A stretch of 64,000 nucleotides of DNA, taken from a bacterium. GTDB lineage: Bacteria > Patescibacteriota > Minisyncoccia > UBA6257 > HR35. Of the stretch, positions 31,338-41,091 are shown piece after piece. Position 1 is the stretch's first letter. The number at the start of each line of letters is the position of its first letter. The DNA lies in NCBI GenBank assembly GCA_041640295.1, contig JBEQAR010000001.1, positions 16,453-80,452 on the forward strand. The letters are read 5' to 3'. A program made the translations under genes and the position numbers. The notes under the pieces are model-generated. The model saw only the letters and a list, made by a program, of their open reading frames with translations. It was not told where the DNA came from and did not search any database.

Positions 31338-31886
31338 TTATATTTTAACAGGAAATCCTAATTTTTTCCATAAAATAATATTCTCGTTTTTGTTATTTGA
31401 ATTAGTAACAATAGTTATTTGTAAACCAAAATTATGTTTAATTTTATCAGAAATAGCTTCAGGGAAAATAGAAATTTCTTTGAAACCTAAATTTAAATTA
31501 CCCTTATTGTCTAAATTATTTTTTTGAATTCCCTTAAAATCTCGATATCGTGGTAAATAATAAGTAACTAACCTTTCAATAAAATCAAATAACCTTTTTT
31601 TTCTTAAAGTTACTAAAACAGCAACTGGCATTCCTTTTTTTAATTTAAAACCAGCAATTGATTTTCGTGCTTTTACTACCATTCCCCTTTGACCAGTAAT
31701 TCTTGCCAAAGCATAAAGAGCTTCTTCAATAATTTTATCTTTATTATCAGGATTTTGATTAATCAATTTTCCAATACCAATATTAACAACTGCTTTTATT
31801 GGTTTAGGCACTGCTAAAATATTTTTTATTCCTAATTCTTCCTTTAATTCAAATTTTATTTTATTGTTAAATTCTTCGTAAAGCAT
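31338..31886 (-). CDS. rplE: 50S ribosomal protein L5; start placed at the internal Met that matches L5
   Basis: From [39 protein letters not shown] the sequence matches the L5 N-terminus. The upstream 17 codons in the ORF track overlap rplX and are probably not part of L5. Confidence 0.85.
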   Translation of the reverse strand: MLYEEFNNKIKFELKEELGIKNILAVPKPIKAVVNIGIGKLINQNPDNKDKIIEEALYALARITGQRGMVVKARKSIAGFKLKKGMPVAVLVTLRKKRLFDFIERLVTYYLPRYRDFKGIQKNNLDNKGNLNLGFKEISIFPEAISDKIKHNFGLQITIVTNSNNKNENIILWKKLGFPVKI

Positions 31887-31887
31887 T

Positions 31888-32196
31888 TTAATTAAAAAGT
31901 TCCTTACACTTTTTACACCTTCTAAATTTTTGATCATTACTTATTTCATAACCGACCCGAGTTGGTTTCTTGCATTTAGGACAAATTAATTTAACCTTAC
32001 TCACATAAAGAGGTTGGGGAATACTAACAATTTGACCTTTTTCACCACTTCTCTTTGGTCGCAAATGTTTTTTAACCAAATTTAAACCTTCAACAATTAC
32101 TTTATTTTCCTTTGGTAAAGCTTTGATCACTTTTCCTGTTCTTCCCTTATCTTTACCACTAATTATTAAAACGGTATCACCTTTTTTAATTTTCAT
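31888..32196 (-). CDS. rplX: 50S ribosomal protein L24 with a Cys4 zinc-ribbon C-terminus
   Basis: The KOW N-terminus MKIKKGDTVLIISGKDKGRTGKVI is followed by the C-terminus CPKCKKPTRVGYEISNDQKFRRCKKCKELFN. Confidence 0.85.
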   Translation of the reverse strand: MKIKKGDTVLIISGKDKGRTGKVIKALPKENKVIVEGLNLVKKHLRPKRSGEKGQIVSIPQPLYVSKVKLICPKCKKPTRVGYEISNDQKFRRCKKCKELFN

Positions 32197-32200
32197 TTTT

Positions 32201-32569
32201 TTAAACTAATTCTCTTGCCATACTTGCAATTTTCTCAAATTTTTTTTCTTTAATTTCTCTTGGTATTGGACCGAAAATTCTATTACCAATTGGATCGTCT
32301 TTTGTTCTTACAACAACAGCTGCATTTTCATCAAATCTAATCCAAGTACCATTTTTTCTCAAATAGGGTTTTCTTTGTCTAACAACAACTGCTTTTACTA
32401 CTTGCCCTTTTTTAATTTGCTTACCTGGTTCAGCTTCTTTTACTGAACAAACAATAATATCACCAATTTGAGCATACTTTCTATTACCAATACCAACAAA
32501 ACCAATACACATTAATTTAATTGCTCCACTATTATCAGCTGCTTTTAATATTGTTCTCGGTTGAATCAT
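32201..32569 (-). CDS. rplN: 50S ribosomal protein L14
   Basis: MIQPRTILKAADNSGAIKLMCIGFVG is canonical L14. Confidence 0.95.
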   Translation of the reverse strand: MIQPRTILKAADNSGAIKLMCIGFVGIGNRKYAQIGDIIVCSVKEAEPGKQIKKGQVVKAVVVRQRKPYLRKNGTWIRFDENAAVVVRTKDDPIGNRIFGPIPREIKEKKFEKIASMARELV

Positions 32570-32825
32570 TGTTATTATTTAAAACTTTAACTAATCGCCA
32601 CCTTTTTAATTTTGAAATTGGACGAACATATTCAATTAAAACAGTATCACCTTCTTTTGCTATTTCTCGCTCATCATGGGCATAATATTTCGTTCTATGT
32701 TTCAAATATTTCTTATACAAAGGATGTTGTTTAATAGTTTCTGATAAAACAACAATTGTTTTTTGCATTTTGGTTGATATTACTTTCCCGATTACTCTTT
32801 TTCTAACCATTTCTCTGTTTTTCAT
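32535..32825 (-). CDS. rpsQ: 30S ribosomal protein S17
   Basis: RVIGKVISTKMQKTIVVLSETIKQHPLYKKYLKHRTKYYAHDE is the S17 OB fold, followed by an unusual N/S-rich C-terminal tail. The true start is probably the internal Met at about 32810. Confidence 0.8.
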   Translation of the reverse strand: MKNREMVRKRVIGKVISTKMQKTIVVLSETIKQHPLYKKYLKHRTKYYAHDEREIAKEGDTVLIEYVRPISKLKRWRLVKVLNNNNDSTENNIKSS

Positions 32826-32997
32826 TAATAACCGTTAATATCCGCGCAATATTTTTTTTAGTTAATTTTAATAAATGTGGTTTGTTTAATTTTTTTAATG
32901 ATTTTTCTATCTTTAAATTAAACAATTTTTTTCTTTCTTCGGCTAATAATTTAAATAATTCTGATAAAGATTTTAATCTCAATTCTTTAGCTTTCAT
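32803..32997 (-). CDS. rpmC: 50S ribosomal protein L29
   Basis: The 64-aa helical product begins MKAKELRLKSLSELFKLLAEERKKLFNLKIEKS, which is the L29 pattern. It lies between rplP and rpsQ. Confidence 0.8.
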   Translation of the reverse strand: MKAKELRLKSLSELFKLLAEERKKLFNLKIEKSLKKLNKPHLLKLTKKNIARILTVINEKQRNG

Positions 32998-33406
32998 CTT
33001 TTTTAATAATTTTTACCTTAATTGGTAATTTACATCCAGCTGATTTTAAAGCTTCAAAAGCTAAATCTTCAGATAAAGTATAAACTTCAAAAAGAATATT
33101 ACCAGCCTTAACTAAGGTAGCATAATGATCAATATCTCCTTTACCTCCACCCATTCTCACACCCTCTGGTTTTTTAGTTCTTGTTAAATGAGGAAAAATT
33201 TTTAACCATACTCTCCCTTTCTTACCTAAAATTCTTTTCAATTCTTTTAAAGCTGCTTCGATTTGTTTATCTTTTAAATATTTGGTTTCCAAACTTTTTA
33301 AACCATAATTACCAAAATCTAAATCAATATTAGCAGTTGCTATTGCCCTTTTTAACCTTCTACCCTTCATCCATTTACGATGTTTTAACTTTCTTGGCTG
33401 AAGCAT
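32987..33406 (-). CDS. rplP: 50S ribosomal protein L16
   Basis: MLQPRKLKHRKWMKGR ... GRVWLKIFPH ... RMGGGKGDIDHY is canonical L16. Confidence 0.9.
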   Translation of the reverse strand: MLQPRKLKHRKWMKGRRLKRAIATANIDLDFGNYGLKSLETKYLKDKQIEAALKELKRILGKKGRVWLKIFPHLTRTKKPEGVRMGGGKGDIDHYATLVKAGNILFEVYTLSEDLAFEALKSAGCKLPIKVKIIKKDES

Positions 33407-34080
33407 TATTCCTCTTTATAATCTTTACTTTCGCCCTTATACAACCAAACTTTAATTCCTATTATTCCATATTTAGTTAAAGCCTCAACGAAAGCATAAT
33501 CTATTTTAGCTTTAAATGTTGATAAAGGTAATTTCCCCCATGACAATGTTTCTGTTCTGTGAATAGTAGCACCATTAATTCTTCCAGAAATTTTAATTTT
33601 TATTCCTTGAATTTCTTTATGTTGTCTAGCTTTTTCTATTATTTTTTTCATCACTCCTCTTGCTGGTTTATTTTTTTCAATATCAATAGCTGCTAATTGA
33701 GCCAAATAGCTTGCATAAAGTGTTGGTTTTTTTACTTCTTCAACAGAAATTTCTAAAGCTGGTTGAGGAAGATTGTTCTTTTTAAACAAAGGATCCAATT
33801 TTTTAACAATTTCTTCTTGTAATCTTTTTAACTTCTGCCCTTCTCTACCTATTAAATTACCAGGTTTAGCTGATCTTAAAATTACTCGGCAATGCTCTTG
33901 ATCCTTCCTTTCAATAATAACTTCAATAACATCTCCTTTTTTAATTCGTTCATTAATTATTTTTCTAATCAAATAATCAGCCTCAAGAAATATTCTAAAA
34001 TTTCTTTTGAAAAACCATTTTGATTTCCAATACTCATTAATCCCTAATCGATTAGCATAAGGTGAAACTTTATGACCCAT
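33406..34080 (-). CDS. rpsC: 30S ribosomal protein S3
   Basis: MGHKVSPYANRLGINEYWKSKWF is followed by a KH domain and an S3 C-domain. Confidence 0.9.
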   Translation of the reverse strand: MGHKVSPYANRLGINEYWKSKWFFKRNFRIFLEADYLIRKIINERIKKGDVIEVIIERKDQEHCRVILRSAKPGNLIGREGQKLKRLQEEIVKKLDPLFKKNNLPQPALEISVEEVKKPTLYASYLAQLAAIDIEKNKPARGVMKKIIEKARQHKEIQGIKIKISGRINGATIHRTETLSWGKLPLSTFKAKIDYAFVEALTKYGIIGIKVWLYKGESKDYKEE

Positions 34081-34408
34081 TTTTTTTATCTAATTCCAAA
34101 GCAATATGAGAAGTTCGTTTAATAATTCGACCGACATGACCTCTTGACATTGCTCGATATCGTTTTTGTTTTGGTCCTTCATTAACGATAATGTTTTTAA
34201 TAACTAAATTCTCTTTTTTTAATTGTTTTTGTTTTTCAGCAACATCAATTCCGTGTTTTAATAATTTTAACAAACTTTTTGCTGCTCTTTTAGGCGATAA
34301 GATTAATTGTTTCTCAGCATTTACCACTTCTAAGCCTTTAATCATATTAGCTACCATTCTTACTTTTCTTGGTGAAATATTTAAATAACGTAAATGAACC
34401 TTAATCAT
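34070..34408 (-). CDS. rplV: 50S ribosomal protein L22
   Basis: The 112-aa product includes ISPRKVRMVANMIKG and the hairpin-forming YRAMSRGHVGRIIKRTSH. Confidence 0.85.
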   Translation of the reverse strand: MIKVHLRYLNISPRKVRMVANMIKGLEVVNAEKQLILSPKRAAKSLLKLLKHGIDVAEKQKQLKKENLVIKNIIVNEGPKQKRYRAMSRGHVGRIIKRTSHIALELDKKNGS

Positions 34409-34425
34409 TTTTTAAAAATTAATTT

Positions 34426-34737
34426 TTATTTTTGTAAGGCTTGTTTTTTCTCTAACTCTCTTTGTAATTTTCCACCATGTTTAAGAAACTTTCTTGTCGG
34501 AGCAAATTCTCCTAAACGATGACCCACCATATCTTCAATCACCTTAAATTTTATAAACTGTTTACCATTATAGACTTCAAAAACCATTCCCACCATTTCC
34601 GGTATAATAATTGAATCCCGTGACCAAGTTTTAATTGGATATTTATCCCTTTCTTCTATTGGCAACTGAAGCAACTTTTTAACTTTCTTAAGTAATTTTT
34701 CATTAACATATGGTCCTTTTTTTAAACTTCGTGACAT
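34426..34737 (-). CDS. rpsS: 30S ribosomal protein S19; start placed at the internal Met [10 protein letters not shown]
   Basis: [19 protein letters not shown] ... [13 protein letters not shown] is canonical S19. The 7-codon upstream extension in the ORF track overlaps the rplB stop. Confidence 0.9.
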   Translation of the reverse strand: MSRSLKKGPYVNEKLLKKVKKLLQLPIEERDKYPIKTWSRDSIIIPEMVGMVFEVYNGKQFIKFKVIEDMVGHRLGEFAPTRKFLKHGGKLQRELEKKQALQK

Positions 34738-34738
34738 T

Positions 34739-35575
34739 TTATTTTCTTCTCTTGGCAATTAATTTAGAATAAGGATTTCTTTTTCTTCTTGTTTTTCGAC
34801 CACCAGTAATTTTACCCCACTTTGTTTTTGGTCTTCTTGTTCCTCGGGGAGCGCGACCTTCACCTCCACCATAAGGATGATCGCGTGGATTCATAGCGCT
34901 TCCTCTAACATTTGGTCGAAAACCTTTCCAAATTTTTCTTCCTGCTTTTCCTAATCTGATATTACGATGATTAACATTTGATACTCTTCCTACAGTAGCA
35001 TAACACTCTTTAGATACTTTTCTAATTTCACTAGATGGCATTTTAAGAGTAGCATATTTTTCATCACAACCCATCATAATAGCTGCTGAACCGGCTGAAC
35101 GAACTAATTTACCTTTTCCTTTAGGAACTAATTCAATTTCATAAATTTCTGTACCTGGTGGAATATTTTTTAAAGGCAACCGATTGCCAATTTTTATTGG
35201 CGCTGATTCAGAACAAATTATTTCATCTCCAACCTTTATTCCTTCAGGAGCTAAATGATACCTTCTTTCTCCATCTCGATAACAAACAAGCATAATAAAA
35301 GCACTCCGATTAGGATCATATTCAATTGTTTCCACTTTAGCTAAAATATCTTTTTTATCTAAACGAGAAAAATCTATTAATCGATAAAGTCTTCGATGCA
35401 CTGGATTTTTCCTAAAGCGAGTAGTTATCCTTCCTTGATTATTCCTTGCTGTTCTTTTTTTTAAAGAAATCAAAAGTGGCTTATATGGTTCATCAGTAGT
35501 TAAAACTTTTTTATAATCAACAAGAATAGTTACTCTCTTTCCTGGTCCTCTTGATTTAATAATTTTTAATGACAT
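34739..35575 (-). CDS. rplB: 50S ribosomal protein L2
   Basis: The 278-aa product includes canonical L2 motifs ([10 protein letters not shown] and [30 protein letters not shown]). Confidence 0.95.
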   Translation of the reverse strand: MSLKIIKSRGPGKRVTILVDYKKVLTTDEPYKPLLISLKKRTARNNQGRITTRFRKNPVHRRLYRLIDFSRLDKKDILAKVETIEYDPNRSAFIMLVCYRDGERRYHLAPEGIKVGDEIICSESAPIKIGNRLPLKNIPPGTEIYEIELVPKGKGKLVRSAGSAAIMMGCDEKYATLKMPSSEIRKVSKECYATVGRVSNVNHRNIRLGKAGRKIWKGFRPNVRGSAMNPRDHPYGGGEGRAPRGTRRPKTKWGKITGGRKTRRKRNPYSKLIAKRRK

Positions 35576-35673
35576 AATAAAAATTGCTTTTAATTAATTT
35601 CCTCGACAACTGATTTTTAGAAAAATTAAATTAAATTATATCAAAAAAATAATTGAAATCAAAATTATATTAT

Positions 35674-35748
35674 CGGGGGAGGTAGGATTCGAACCTACAA
35701 CCTCTGGTTTTGGAGACCAGCGCTCTACCAATTAGGAGCTACTCCCCC
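35674..35748 (-). tRNA. tRNA-Trp (anticodon CCA)
   Basis: The reverse complement gives GGGGGAGTAGCTCCTAATTGGTAGAGCGCTGGT-CTCCAAA-ACCAG...GTAGGTTCGAATCCTACCTCCCCCG. The discriminator is G. Confidence 0.8.
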
Positions 35749-35766
35749 TTATTAAAAATTATAACA

Positions 35767-37203
35767 TTAAATATCAGAATTTTGACTATTTTTTTTATTA
35801 ATTTCTATTTTTATTCCTAATTCATCTAATTGTTCTTTTTTTACTTCATCAGGTGCAAGCATCATTAAATCTCTACCTTCACCAGTCTTAGGAAAAGCAA
35901 TAACTTCTCTAATATTAGGTTCATTTTCTAAAACCATAATTATCCTATCTAAACCAGGAGCAATACCTCCATGAGGCGGTACGCCATAATCAAAAGCTTT
36001 CAACAAGTGACCAAATTTTTTATATATCTCCTCTTCTTGATGACCTAATACTTTAAATACTTCTATTAAAATATCTTTATCGGTTGTTCTAATACTACCC
36101 CCACCTATTTCATAACCATTACAAACAAAATCGTATTGTTCACTAATTAAATCTAAGGGTGAAGATTTTAATTTTGCAATTATTTTATCTTTATTAAAAT
36201 TACCCTCAGTTAATTTGGGTTGGGTAAAAGGATGGTGCATTGGATTCAGTGTTCCATCTTCTAAAATCTCAAACATTGGAAAATCAACAATAAAACAAAA
36301 AGCTAATTCGTCTTTATCTTCTTTATTTTTTCTTAAATCCGGTTTATCAGTCTTAAAATTTTGTATTACTTCTTGGTAGCTTAGGCGGGGAAATGGGATT
36401 TGGGTAATTCTTTTGTGAGGATATAAATTTCTAACCAATTCAATAAATAATTCTTCAATAAGATTTAAAATATCATCACGACTAACAAAGCTCATTTCTA
36501 AATCAAGTTGAGTAAATTCTGGTTGTCGATCACCACGAGGATCTTCATCGCGAAAACAACGAGCAATTTGGAAATATTTTTCAATTCCTGCTACCATCAA
36601 AAGTTGTTTATATTGTTGAGGTGATTGAGGAAGAGCATAAAATTTACCCTTATGAAGCCTAGATGGTACTAAATAATCTCTTGCCCCCTCTGGTGTTGAT
36701 TTGGTTAAAATTGGTGTTTCGATTTCAATAAAGCCTCTTTGGGCTAACCAATTTCTAATAAATAAAATCACTCGATGTCTGTTCGTTAAATTTTTTTGCA
36801 ATCTTTCTCTTCTTAAATCAAGATAGCGATATTTTAATCTTATTTCTTCATTAATTTCATAACCATCGCTGTCGATAGGTAGTGGTAAAATTTGAGCTTC
36901 AGATAAAACTTCTATTCCATCAACAATTAACTCTATTTCGCCAGTTAAAATTTTTGGATTAATTAATTTCTCTTCCCTTTTTTTGATTAAACCCTCAACT
37001 TTAATAACAAATTCTTCTCTTAATTCCTTCGCTATTTGCCAAGAGGAAGAACTTTGCAGAACTACACATTGAATAATCCCACTTCTATCTCTTAAATCAA
37101 AAAAAATTATCTTCCCATGCGAACGAATTGAATGAATCCAACCAAAAAGTTCAACCCGTTCGCCAACTTTATCCCTCGTTTCCAAAATATCTATTTTTTT
37201 CAT
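35767..37203 (-). CDS. aspS: Aspartyl-tRNA synthetase, short form lacking the bacterial GAD insertion (archaeal/eukaryal-like architecture)
   Basis: The 478-aa product has an N-terminal OB anticodon-binding domain and class II motifs, including QSPQQYKQLLMVAG and FRDEDPRGDRQPEFTQLDLEMSF. Confidence 0.85.
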   Translation of the reverse strand: MKKIDILETRDKVGERVELFGWIHSIRSHGKIIFFDLRDRSGIIQCVVLQSSSSWQIAKELREEFVIKVEGLIKKREEKLINPKILTGEIELIVDGIEVLSEAQILPLPIDSDGYEINEEIRLKYRYLDLRRERLQKNLTNRHRVILFIRNWLAQRGFIEIETPILTKSTPEGARDYLVPSRLHKGKFYALPQSPQQYKQLLMVAGIEKYFQIARCFRDEDPRGDRQPEFTQLDLEMSFVSRDDILNLIEELFIELVRNLYPHKRITQIPFPRLSYQEVIQNFKTDKPDLRKNKEDKDELAFCFIVDFPMFEILEDGTLNPMHHPFTQPKLTEGNFNKDKIIAKLKSSPLDLISEQYDFVCNGYEIGGGSIRTTDKDILIEVFKVLGHQEEEIYKKFGHLLKAFDYGVPPHGGIAPGLDRIIMVLENEPNIREVIAFPKTGEGRDLMMLAPDEVKKEQLDELGIKIEINKKNSQNSDI

Positions 37204-37258
37204 TTTAACAATAATTATATACTAAAATATCCTTTAATTCATTAATCTTACTATATAT

Positions 37259-38419
37259 TTACATAAGATCCTCTTTGGTTGTAAAATTAGGTTTTGAATT
37301 GGGGCAGGTAGATGATTTTTTAAAATTAATAATTTTTTGATAATTATTTTCAATAATAGATTGCAGTTCTTGATCAGTATTTAAATTAATGTAAATTGTA
37401 TCAAAAATATTTTTTGTTTTTTCTAAATTATGTGAATACATTATTAAATTATGCCCAGCCTTAAGAGCTTTTATTCCTCTTTCTGCCGGATCTATTCCTT
37501 TAATATCTAAAATCATCTCCGAAAGATCATCGCTAATAATAATACCATTAAAATTTAATTGCCTCCCTAAAATTTCTTTAATAATTTTAGAAGAAAAAGT
37601 AGCTAAATTCTTAGAATCTATATTTTCATAAATAGCATGACCAGTCATTACAAAATCAGCTCCATTATTTATACCATCTTTAAAAATCATTAAAGATTGA
37701 TTAAACATATCTCGTTGAACACTAAGTATTGGTAATTCATCGTGTGGATCTTTGGTAAAAACTCCTAAACCAGGAAAATGCTTTAAGGTAGCTGAAATAT
37801 TGTATTTTTTTAATAAGTTAATAAATGTTCTATTAAATGATATTAAATCTTCATAATTATCAAAAGGAATTCGTTTTTTAATAAAGCTATCATTATTAAA
37901 AGGAAAATCGGCGAGAGGCGCAAGTAAAACATTAATTCCTAATTTAGATAAAACTTCGACTCCTTGTTCGATAGTTCTCCAATCAGGAAAATTAAAATAA
38001 AAAACATTTTGAAATAATTTAAGTCGAGTAGCCCCGTTAGGTTCTTCATCTATCATAATAAAATAACAAGTACCACTTTCCTCCTGGGAAATTTTTTGTA
38101 ATTGACTGATTAATTCTTTAAATTGCAAATTTGATTGATAATTTCTTGCATAAAGTACAATGCCTGCTGGTTTAATATATCGAAGAATAGCCTCAGTTTT
38201 TTCATCAATTATCTTATTAGGAATTCCAACTACCAAATTTTGTCCTAATTTTTCTTTAAAATTTTTATTTAAGTTAGTTTCAATATTATTCTTTTTAGAA
38301 AATAAAAGAAAAGGATTACTTGGTTGATAAAAATTTAAATTCGGTTGTTTAATAATAAATAAGCAAATAATTAATGTAGTAAAAAAGATTAATAGAACTA
38401 AATTTATTTTTAACCCCAT
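37259..38419 (-). CDS. Membrane-anchored glycoside hydrolase family 3 enzyme, NagZ-like beta-N-acetylhexosaminidase
   Basis: An N-terminal TM is followed by a GH3 N-domain with the motifs INVLLAPLADF and KHFPGLG, plus the catalytic Asp-His context DPHDELP. Confidence 0.7.
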   Translation of the reverse strand: MGLKINLVLLIFFTTLIICLFIIKQPNLNFYQPSNPFLLFSKKNNIETNLNKNFKEKLGQNLVVGIPNKIIDEKTEAILRYIKPAGIVLYARNYQSNLQFKELISQLQKISQEESGTCYFIMIDEEPNGATRLKLFQNVFYFNFPDWRTIEQGVEVLSKLGINVLLAPLADFPFNNDSFIKKRIPFDNYEDLISFNRTFINLLKKYNISATLKHFPGLGVFTKDPHDELPILSVQRDMFNQSLMIFKDGINNGADFVMTGHAIYENIDSKNLATFSSKIIKEILGRQLNFNGIIISDDLSEMILDIKGIDPAERGIKALKAGHNLIMYSHNLEKTKNIFDTIYINLNTDQELQSIIENNYQKIINFKKSSTCPNSKPNFTTKEDLM

Positions 38420-38422
38420 TAT

Positions 38423-41023
38423 CTAAAATTTGATATTTCCACGATCATCAACATTAAAATTTTTAACTCTTATTTTTCCTTCTAAATCAACCTCTCTTGT
38501 TGAATAATAGTAATAAGGATCTTTATTGATAAACCAAATTATAAATTTCTTTATATTTTGATTATCAATTCTATCACCTTCTACCCTTACAAGATTAAAA
38601 GCAACAGAATAAGAGGAATTTTTATTTAATTTCTCTAATAGAATTAACGGAATATTTATTTTTTTGCCTGGCTCTATATTTTTACCTAATAAAATATTTT
38701 TAATTTGATCAAATGGAATTTTTGCTATAGTATTCTTGTTAGAATCTTCTATTATAATATCTTTAATTTTCCAACTACCAAAGAACTCCTCAATTTTTTT
38801 TAAAGTATGATTATCTATTATGATTTTATCTCTACCTATGTTTTCAAAATAAATATCAAAAGAATTATTATTTAAATTTTTTTCAAAATCTATATTACCT
38901 ATTTCTTCATCAGCCAAATAAGCATAATATTTAAAATCAGGATTACATTCTGAAGATTCCCATTCAGCATATGATTCTACTAATAAATTATTTTTTTTAA
39001 GATTTCCTCTGTAAAAATTCTTATCTTTATCCATTAAAATCAAATCAGTTATTTCTATTGAAAGTTCTCCACCTTTATTATTAGGCTTATAATAAATTTG
39101 CATTACATCAACATCTTTATCTATAAAAATTGGTTGATCTAATTTGTACCAATATATTCCATCTCTCTCTTCAACTAAAGATAAAGTTGAACTGCCTACT
39201 GTTTCATAATCATAAAAAGGGCCGCAGGCATATGTTGGTTTTATTAAATTTTGAAAATATTTTCCAATATTACCTTCTCTTTTCAGAAACTCTATTTTGA
39301 ATTCTTTTATTAAATCAATATTATTAATATTAAAACCAATATAAACTAACAAAAACTTATCAGAAATTTTGATAACCGTTCCAATATAAGAGAAAAAATG
39401 ACTCTCTACACCCAAAATAGGATATTCATATTCTTTAGGTTTGTCTAATCCCCTTTTGTAAGCTTGAGAATATTTAGGAATTAATAAAAATTTTTTCTGA
39501 GTTACTTCATCTGTGTATTGATTAATACTATAATATTCACTATGCGGAGAATTAGGAAGATAAGCATAGCATAAATGAATAGTTACTTTATCTGTAGTTT
39601 TTAAATTTTTAATTGAAACGAAATCAATAATTTTATCGGCTAATGTTTTTTCAAAAATTAATTCTTCATCACTCCAATAAATTTCTGGCACTCTAATTTC
39701 TATTTTATTATATTTATAAGCTATTAAAGCTTCTTTTTCATTTAAAGCTTTTTTATAAATTCTTATACCATCTATATAACCAACAAAAGTTGATTCAATA
39801 TTTAAATTTGTTCCTCCAATTTGTAAATCACCTGGTTTCGCTATTTCTGTCCAATATTGAGAAACATTATCAATATCATTATCTTTTTTTTCTCCATTAA
39901 TATAAAAATTCACTTCTTTAGTTTTGAAATTCCAAGTAACGATTATATGATTCCATTCATTATCTTTTAAAGGATCAAAAATTAAGTTGTAATTTTTTTT
40001 AGGTGCTTGAGCAGGATAAAAATATAAATTACCATCAGGATCAATACCTAATTCGATGTTCCATTTACTATCAATAACTAATCTTTGGTATTTACCATTT
40101 TTTCTCTCAATTGGTTTGACCCATAACTCAATACTTCCTTCATTACCATTAATAGCTGATTCCTGATTTTCTTTTTGTAATATTTGGAAATAGGCGTCAT
40201 TAATATCCGTATAACCCTCTCTCTTATTCCAGTTATCAAAAAAAATAAAACATCTATTATGATGTTGGCAATTTATTAATAAATTTTGGGCAGATTGATA
40301 AATACTTAGTACTCCAAAAAATTCACTTTTGTAATTATTTCCAGTTAAATCTTCGAAATTTAATTTATATACATATTCTCCCAAGTATTTTTGGTCTGGT
40401 GTGAATAATTCGTCAGAAAATAAAAATTTTGGTTTATTAAGAATATACCAAATATCAGGTTGTGGTAATAAACTTTCACTATAATCAAAAGTTTTATTAT
40501 ATTGATTTTGTTTAATGCCAATTTTATTTTCTATTAAACTATTTATATTATTATTACTATAGTAAACAAAAACAGATTTCTTTTGATAAGGTTTTATTAT
40601 AGGAATCTCCAACAAAATTTCTGTAGTTTTATCAGTACATTTATTCAAAATTTTATATTTGATTTCCAAATTAAGATCAGGATCAATAAATTTTAAATTA
40701 TTACAATTAAAATCTAATTTACCACTTCTGACTAAAGACAAAGTGTCGAAACTGGTAAGAATTGGAAAATTTTTAAGGGAATCGTCGTTGTTTAAATTAA
40801 AAGAAAATTTACGACTATACAACTTATCAGATAAGAGATTATTATTTACATTTTCTGTTTTTTTTATTTGAAAATTAGAAATAATATTTTGTAATGAATT
40901 ATTATTACTGAAAAACTTATAAAATCCAAAAATTAAGCCAACTAAAAAAAGAAATAAAAGAATAACTATTAAAAATTTGTATTTCAACTTAAAATTTAAT
41001 AAATTAAACTTTTGAAATAACAT
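38423..41023 (-). CDS. Hypothetical membrane-anchored protein with a concanavalin-A/LamG-like lectin domain
   Basis: The 866-aa product has an N-terminal TM. The segment IELWVKPIERKNG...IIVTWNFKTKEVNFYINGEK...FVGYIDGIRIYKKAL has the LamG/Laminin-G jelly-roll pattern. Confidence 0.5.
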   Translation of the reverse strand: MLFQKFNLLNFKLKYKFLIVILLFLFLVGLIFGFYKFFSNNNSLQNIISNFQIKKTENVNNNLLSDKLYSRKFSFNLNNDDSLKNFPILTSFDTLSLVRSGKLDFNCNNLKFIDPDLNLEIKYKILNKCTDKTTEILLEIPIIKPYQKKSVFVYYSNNNINSLIENKIGIKQNQYNKTFDYSESLLPQPDIWYILNKPKFLFSDELFTPDQKYLGEYVYKLNFEDLTGNNYKSEFFGVLSIYQSAQNLLINCQHHNRCFIFFDNWNKREGYTDINDAYFQILQKENQESAINGNEGSIELWVKPIERKNGKYQRLVIDSKWNIELGIDPDGNLYFYPAQAPKKNYNLIFDPLKDNEWNHIIVTWNFKTKEVNFYINGEKKDNDIDNVSQYWTEIAKPGDLQIGGTNLNIESTFVGYIDGIRIYKKALNEKEALIAYKYNKIEIRVPEIYWSDEELIFEKTLADKIIDFVSIKNLKTTDKVTIHLCYAYLPNSPHSEYYSINQYTDEVTQKKFLLIPKYSQAYKRGLDKPKEYEYPILGVESHFFSYIGTVIKISDKFLLVYIGFNINNIDLIKEFKIEFLKREGNIGKYFQNLIKPTYACGPFYDYETVGSSTLSLVEERDGIYWYKLDQPIFIDKDVDVMQIYYKPNNKGGELSIEITDLILMDKDKNFYRGNLKKNNLLVESYAEWESSECNPDFKYYAYLADEEIGNIDFEKNLNNNSFDIYFENIGRDKIIIDNHTLKKIEEFFGSWKIKDIIIEDSNKNTIAKIPFDQIKNILLGKNIEPGKKINIPLILLEKLNKNSSYSVAFNLVRVEGDRIDNQNIKKFIIWFINKDPYYYYSTREVDLEGKIRVKNFNVDDRGNIKF

Positions 41024-41091
41024 AAAAATTTTCTGTATCTTTATTTTTTATTAATTTTAAAATTAATATTTAAATTATACAAATAAGTTTT

